Positions 41,386 to 43,387 of a stretch of DNA of 43,387 bases are shown here, in pieces. Made by a program: the position numbers and the translations under genes. Each line of letters begins with the position of its first letter. Position 1 is the stretch's first letter. The notes below the pieces were generated by a model. The model did not search any database. It was not told the origin of the DNA and worked only from the letters and a program-made list of their open reading frames with translations. The stretch comes from Leidyana gryllorum EB-2025a (taxonomy: Eukaryota > Protista > Apicomplexa). The stretch is taken from positions 1-43,387 of the forward strand of contig JBLWGC010000196.1 in NCBI GenBank assembly GCA_048772705.1. The letters run 5' to 3'.

Positions 41386-41456
41386 GCATCTGTGGTCTAG
41401 TGGTAGAATGTCTCGTTGCCATCGAGACGACCCGGGTTCGATTCCCGGCAGATGCA
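41386..41456 (+). tRNA. tRNA-Gly-GCC: tRNA-Gly(GCC)
   Basis: Intact. Confidence 0.95.
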
Positions 41457-41606
41457 GAGGACACATGGTTGTTTTTCCACCATTCCAGAAATTCCGTCCC
41501 GCCGGGAGTTGAGGAGTGCACTTCTTACAACGTAGTTCGTCTGACACTCCTGTTCCATTCCATCCTGATCGATGCTTCGCCACCTCTACAGCCTCGCTCA
41601 AAGATT

Positions 41607-41678
41607 GTCCGAGTCGTCTAGTGGTTAGGACAGCACGTTGTGGCCGTGCAAACCCAGGCTCGATTCCTGGCTCGGACA
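41607..41678 (+). tRNA. tRNA-His-GTG: tRNA-His(GTG)
   Basis: Duplicate of the 29335 copy. Confidence 0.85.
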
Positions 41679-41753
41679 AGCAGTCTAAAGTGCATTGCTC
41701 TTCGCCCCGGTTGAAAATATTGTTGCAGCCATGGTCAAGCCTGTACGATCGGC

Positions 41754-41824
41754 TGCACCTGCCGGGACTCGAACCCGGGCTGCGAGCATGGGAAGCTCGC
41801 ATCCTACCCTTGGACCACAAGTGC
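41754..41824 (-). tRNA. tRNA-Gly-CCC: tRNA-Gly(CCC)
   Basis: Intact. Confidence 0.92.
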
Positions 41825-42407
41825 ACTCGAGAAAGAGCTCCAGCACCCCGAGACTCGGCCGCAGTCTGCGTTGAGCTAGTGGGTGCCTCAAGTACTGGCA
41901 GGTTCCAGTCTGCGACTTTGTGGCTAAGAGACTTACCCTCTGGTGGCTGAACTACGAGGCTCGGCTAAGATGAAGCTTGAGAGACTTAAGCTTTGCAGGT
42001 GCCCAGTCGATGTAGTCAAGCCTTCTGCCGGAATCGAACCGGCGACTTCTCGATTACGAAGCGAACGCTCTGCCCCTAAGCTAAGAAGGCAATGCAAGCC
42101 GAAGATCACGAATCAGACACTATTGACGGAGATTGCTGGAGCACTTTGCTCGAGTAGCTTCCACTGCCGGGACTTGAACCCGGATAGATAGTCGGCGGTT
42201 CGATTCCGTCCCACCGGAAGTAGAGTGGTGGTTGGCAGACTACTACTCAACCTGATGGGGAGTTGCAGACATCGTTGATGGGCCAACTGGAATGAATCTG
42301 GCGAAGATTCCATGCATATACAACTCAAATCTTGTCTCACCTGTCGGAGCAGCATATCTTAGACAACCTTGAAGAGACGTGGCGTATTGAGTCAACAACT
42401 GACAGAC

Positions 42408-42479
42408 GGGCTGTTCTGGGAATCGAACCCAGGACTCCTTCCACCCTAAGGAAGGATCATACCACTAGACCAAACAGCC
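42408..42479 (-). tRNA. tRNA-Pro-AGG: tRNA-Pro(AGG)
   Basis: Intact. Confidence 0.93.
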
Positions 42480-42999
42480 GACTGGTCGGTGGTGCAAATT
42501 GCTGGTAGAGTTGGGACACTGGTCATAATATGTCAAGAACCACTAAATGCTATGGTGTCTGCAAAGCGGGCCACTAGCTCAAATGACATAGCACTCGCTT
42601 AACATGCTAGAGATACTGGGATCGATGCCCAGGTCGCCCAACCCTCTAACGGCTGCACCCGCGGTATATGAAAACAGAGTCACGACCGAAGGGAGTTGAT
42701 GCCCGATCACATCGCACGACAACTGCTGGATTTGAACCAGCGCGGGCCCGGCCCAGTAGATTTCGAGTCTACCCCCTTAACCACTTGGGCAAGTTGCCAA
42801 CGGTAGAACTCGGCATGCCGCAGGCAGTGGCTTCACATACGGTTCAGCAGCTTGACTCGGAGCGGTCGCGCTGTCCGAACCCGCGGTCTCTCCATTGAAA
42901 GTCTTGCGCTCTACCGACGGAGCTGGCGCGGCAAGGAAGCTTGGACTTGGTAAAAAGTTCCTTTCGTATTGGCAACTCTTTATCAAAGATCCACTCACT

Positions 43000-43073
43000 T
43001 GGTCACGCCCGGGCTCAAACCGGGGACCTTGAGCTTATTAGGCTCACGCTCTAACCGACTGAGCCACGCGACC
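43000..43073 (-). tRNA. tRNA-Ile-AAT: tRNA-Ile(AAT), C56T
   Basis: Ile body. Confidence 0.78.
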
Positions 43074-43181
43074 ACTTCTGCGACGACAGATGGCACCTAT
43101 TCACGTACTTGATGCCTCTGCGTCGCCACTGCAATCTCTAGTGTTTTGAGCCCAGCCGCCTACTCCGATGATCGCAGCACA

Positions 43182-43263
43182 CGACAACTGCTGGATTTGA
43201 ACCAGCGCGGGCCAGGCCCAGTAGATTTCGAATCTACCCCCTTAACCACTCGGGCAAGTTGCC
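43182..43263 (-). tRNA. tRNA-Ser-CGA: tRNA-Ser(CGA)
   Basis: Ser body. Confidence 0.88.
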
Positions 43264-43387
43264 ACCTGTCGAACTCGGCATTGTGCGGCCAGTTAGCACT
43301 GCTTTTTCGTCGGGTTCGCGTTATCGGTTGGCTACCAAATTGTGGAGACTGCGTCTTGCTGTCCTGCCCGGATCGCATGGTCTTTTG

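Larger units (their letters stand above)
39149..42150. repeat. ~3-kb direct segmental duplication, copy 2
   Basis: Near-identical to 26838-29880. Confidence 0.95.
1..43293. repeat. Dense mixed-isotype tRNA gene/pseudogene array, both strands
   Basis: A-box (TAGCTCAG/TGGTCTAGTGG) and T-loop/B-box (GGTTCGA/GGTTCAA) motifs recur about every 150 bp. The same tRNA bodies and spacers recur throughout. Confidence 0.97.
42477..43293. repeat. Direct copy of the window start (1-~820), offset 42476
   Basis: ORF twins 192/42668 and 301/42777. Confidence 0.93.

Noticed and set aside
1-43293. CRISPR-like repeat-spacer array
   Set aside because: The repeats are many different tRNAs, the spacers are reused rather than unique, and there are no cas genes.
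1-43293. tRNA-derived SINE cluster
   Set aside because: There is no common body or A-rich tail and no target-site duplications; 19 isotypes are full-length cloverleaves.
1-43293. Phage, bacterial or organellar tRNA array
   Set aside because: Eukaryotic markers are present: A54 in Ala and iMet, A34 isoacceptors, a 37/38 intron, and no encoded CCA.
192-43378. All ORFs in the six-frame track (60-234 aa), including 4002-4706 and 21776-22339
   Set aside because: They are translations across tRNA bodies (PGIEPG, GSIPG and VRFP come from T-arms), overlap on both strands, and show no recognisable domain.

Overview
This 43.4-kb window contains no credible protein-coding gene. It is a dense eukaryotic nuclear tRNA gene and pseudogene array, with roughly one tRNA-derived element per 150-160 bp on both strands. 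I counted about 65 elements by hand in the first 10 kb, which extrapolates to about 250 or more in the window. About 42 anticodon species for 19 amino acids are present, most as near-intact genes and a few (Ser-TGA, Pro-TGG, Ala-TGC) only in damaged copies; Asn occurs only as decayed relics. The genes have eukaryotic features: no encoded CCA, A54 in Ala and initiator Met, A34 isoacceptors, and a Tyr intron at position 37/38. The Asp body resembles alveolate tRNA-Asp as I recall it, so a myzozoan host is an unverified inference. The array is a mosaic of recurrent multi-tRNA modules that have been reshuffled, inverted and duplicated, with junctions often at or inside tRNA genes. Notable oddities are Gln-body copies with an amber (CTA) anticodon, Arg-body copies with an opal (TCA) anticodon, intact eMet bodies with a GAT anticodon, a 7-nt Tyr intron, and few adjacent oligo-T terminators. 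Only the clearer copies are listed; coordinates were counted by hand and may be off by 1-2 nt.
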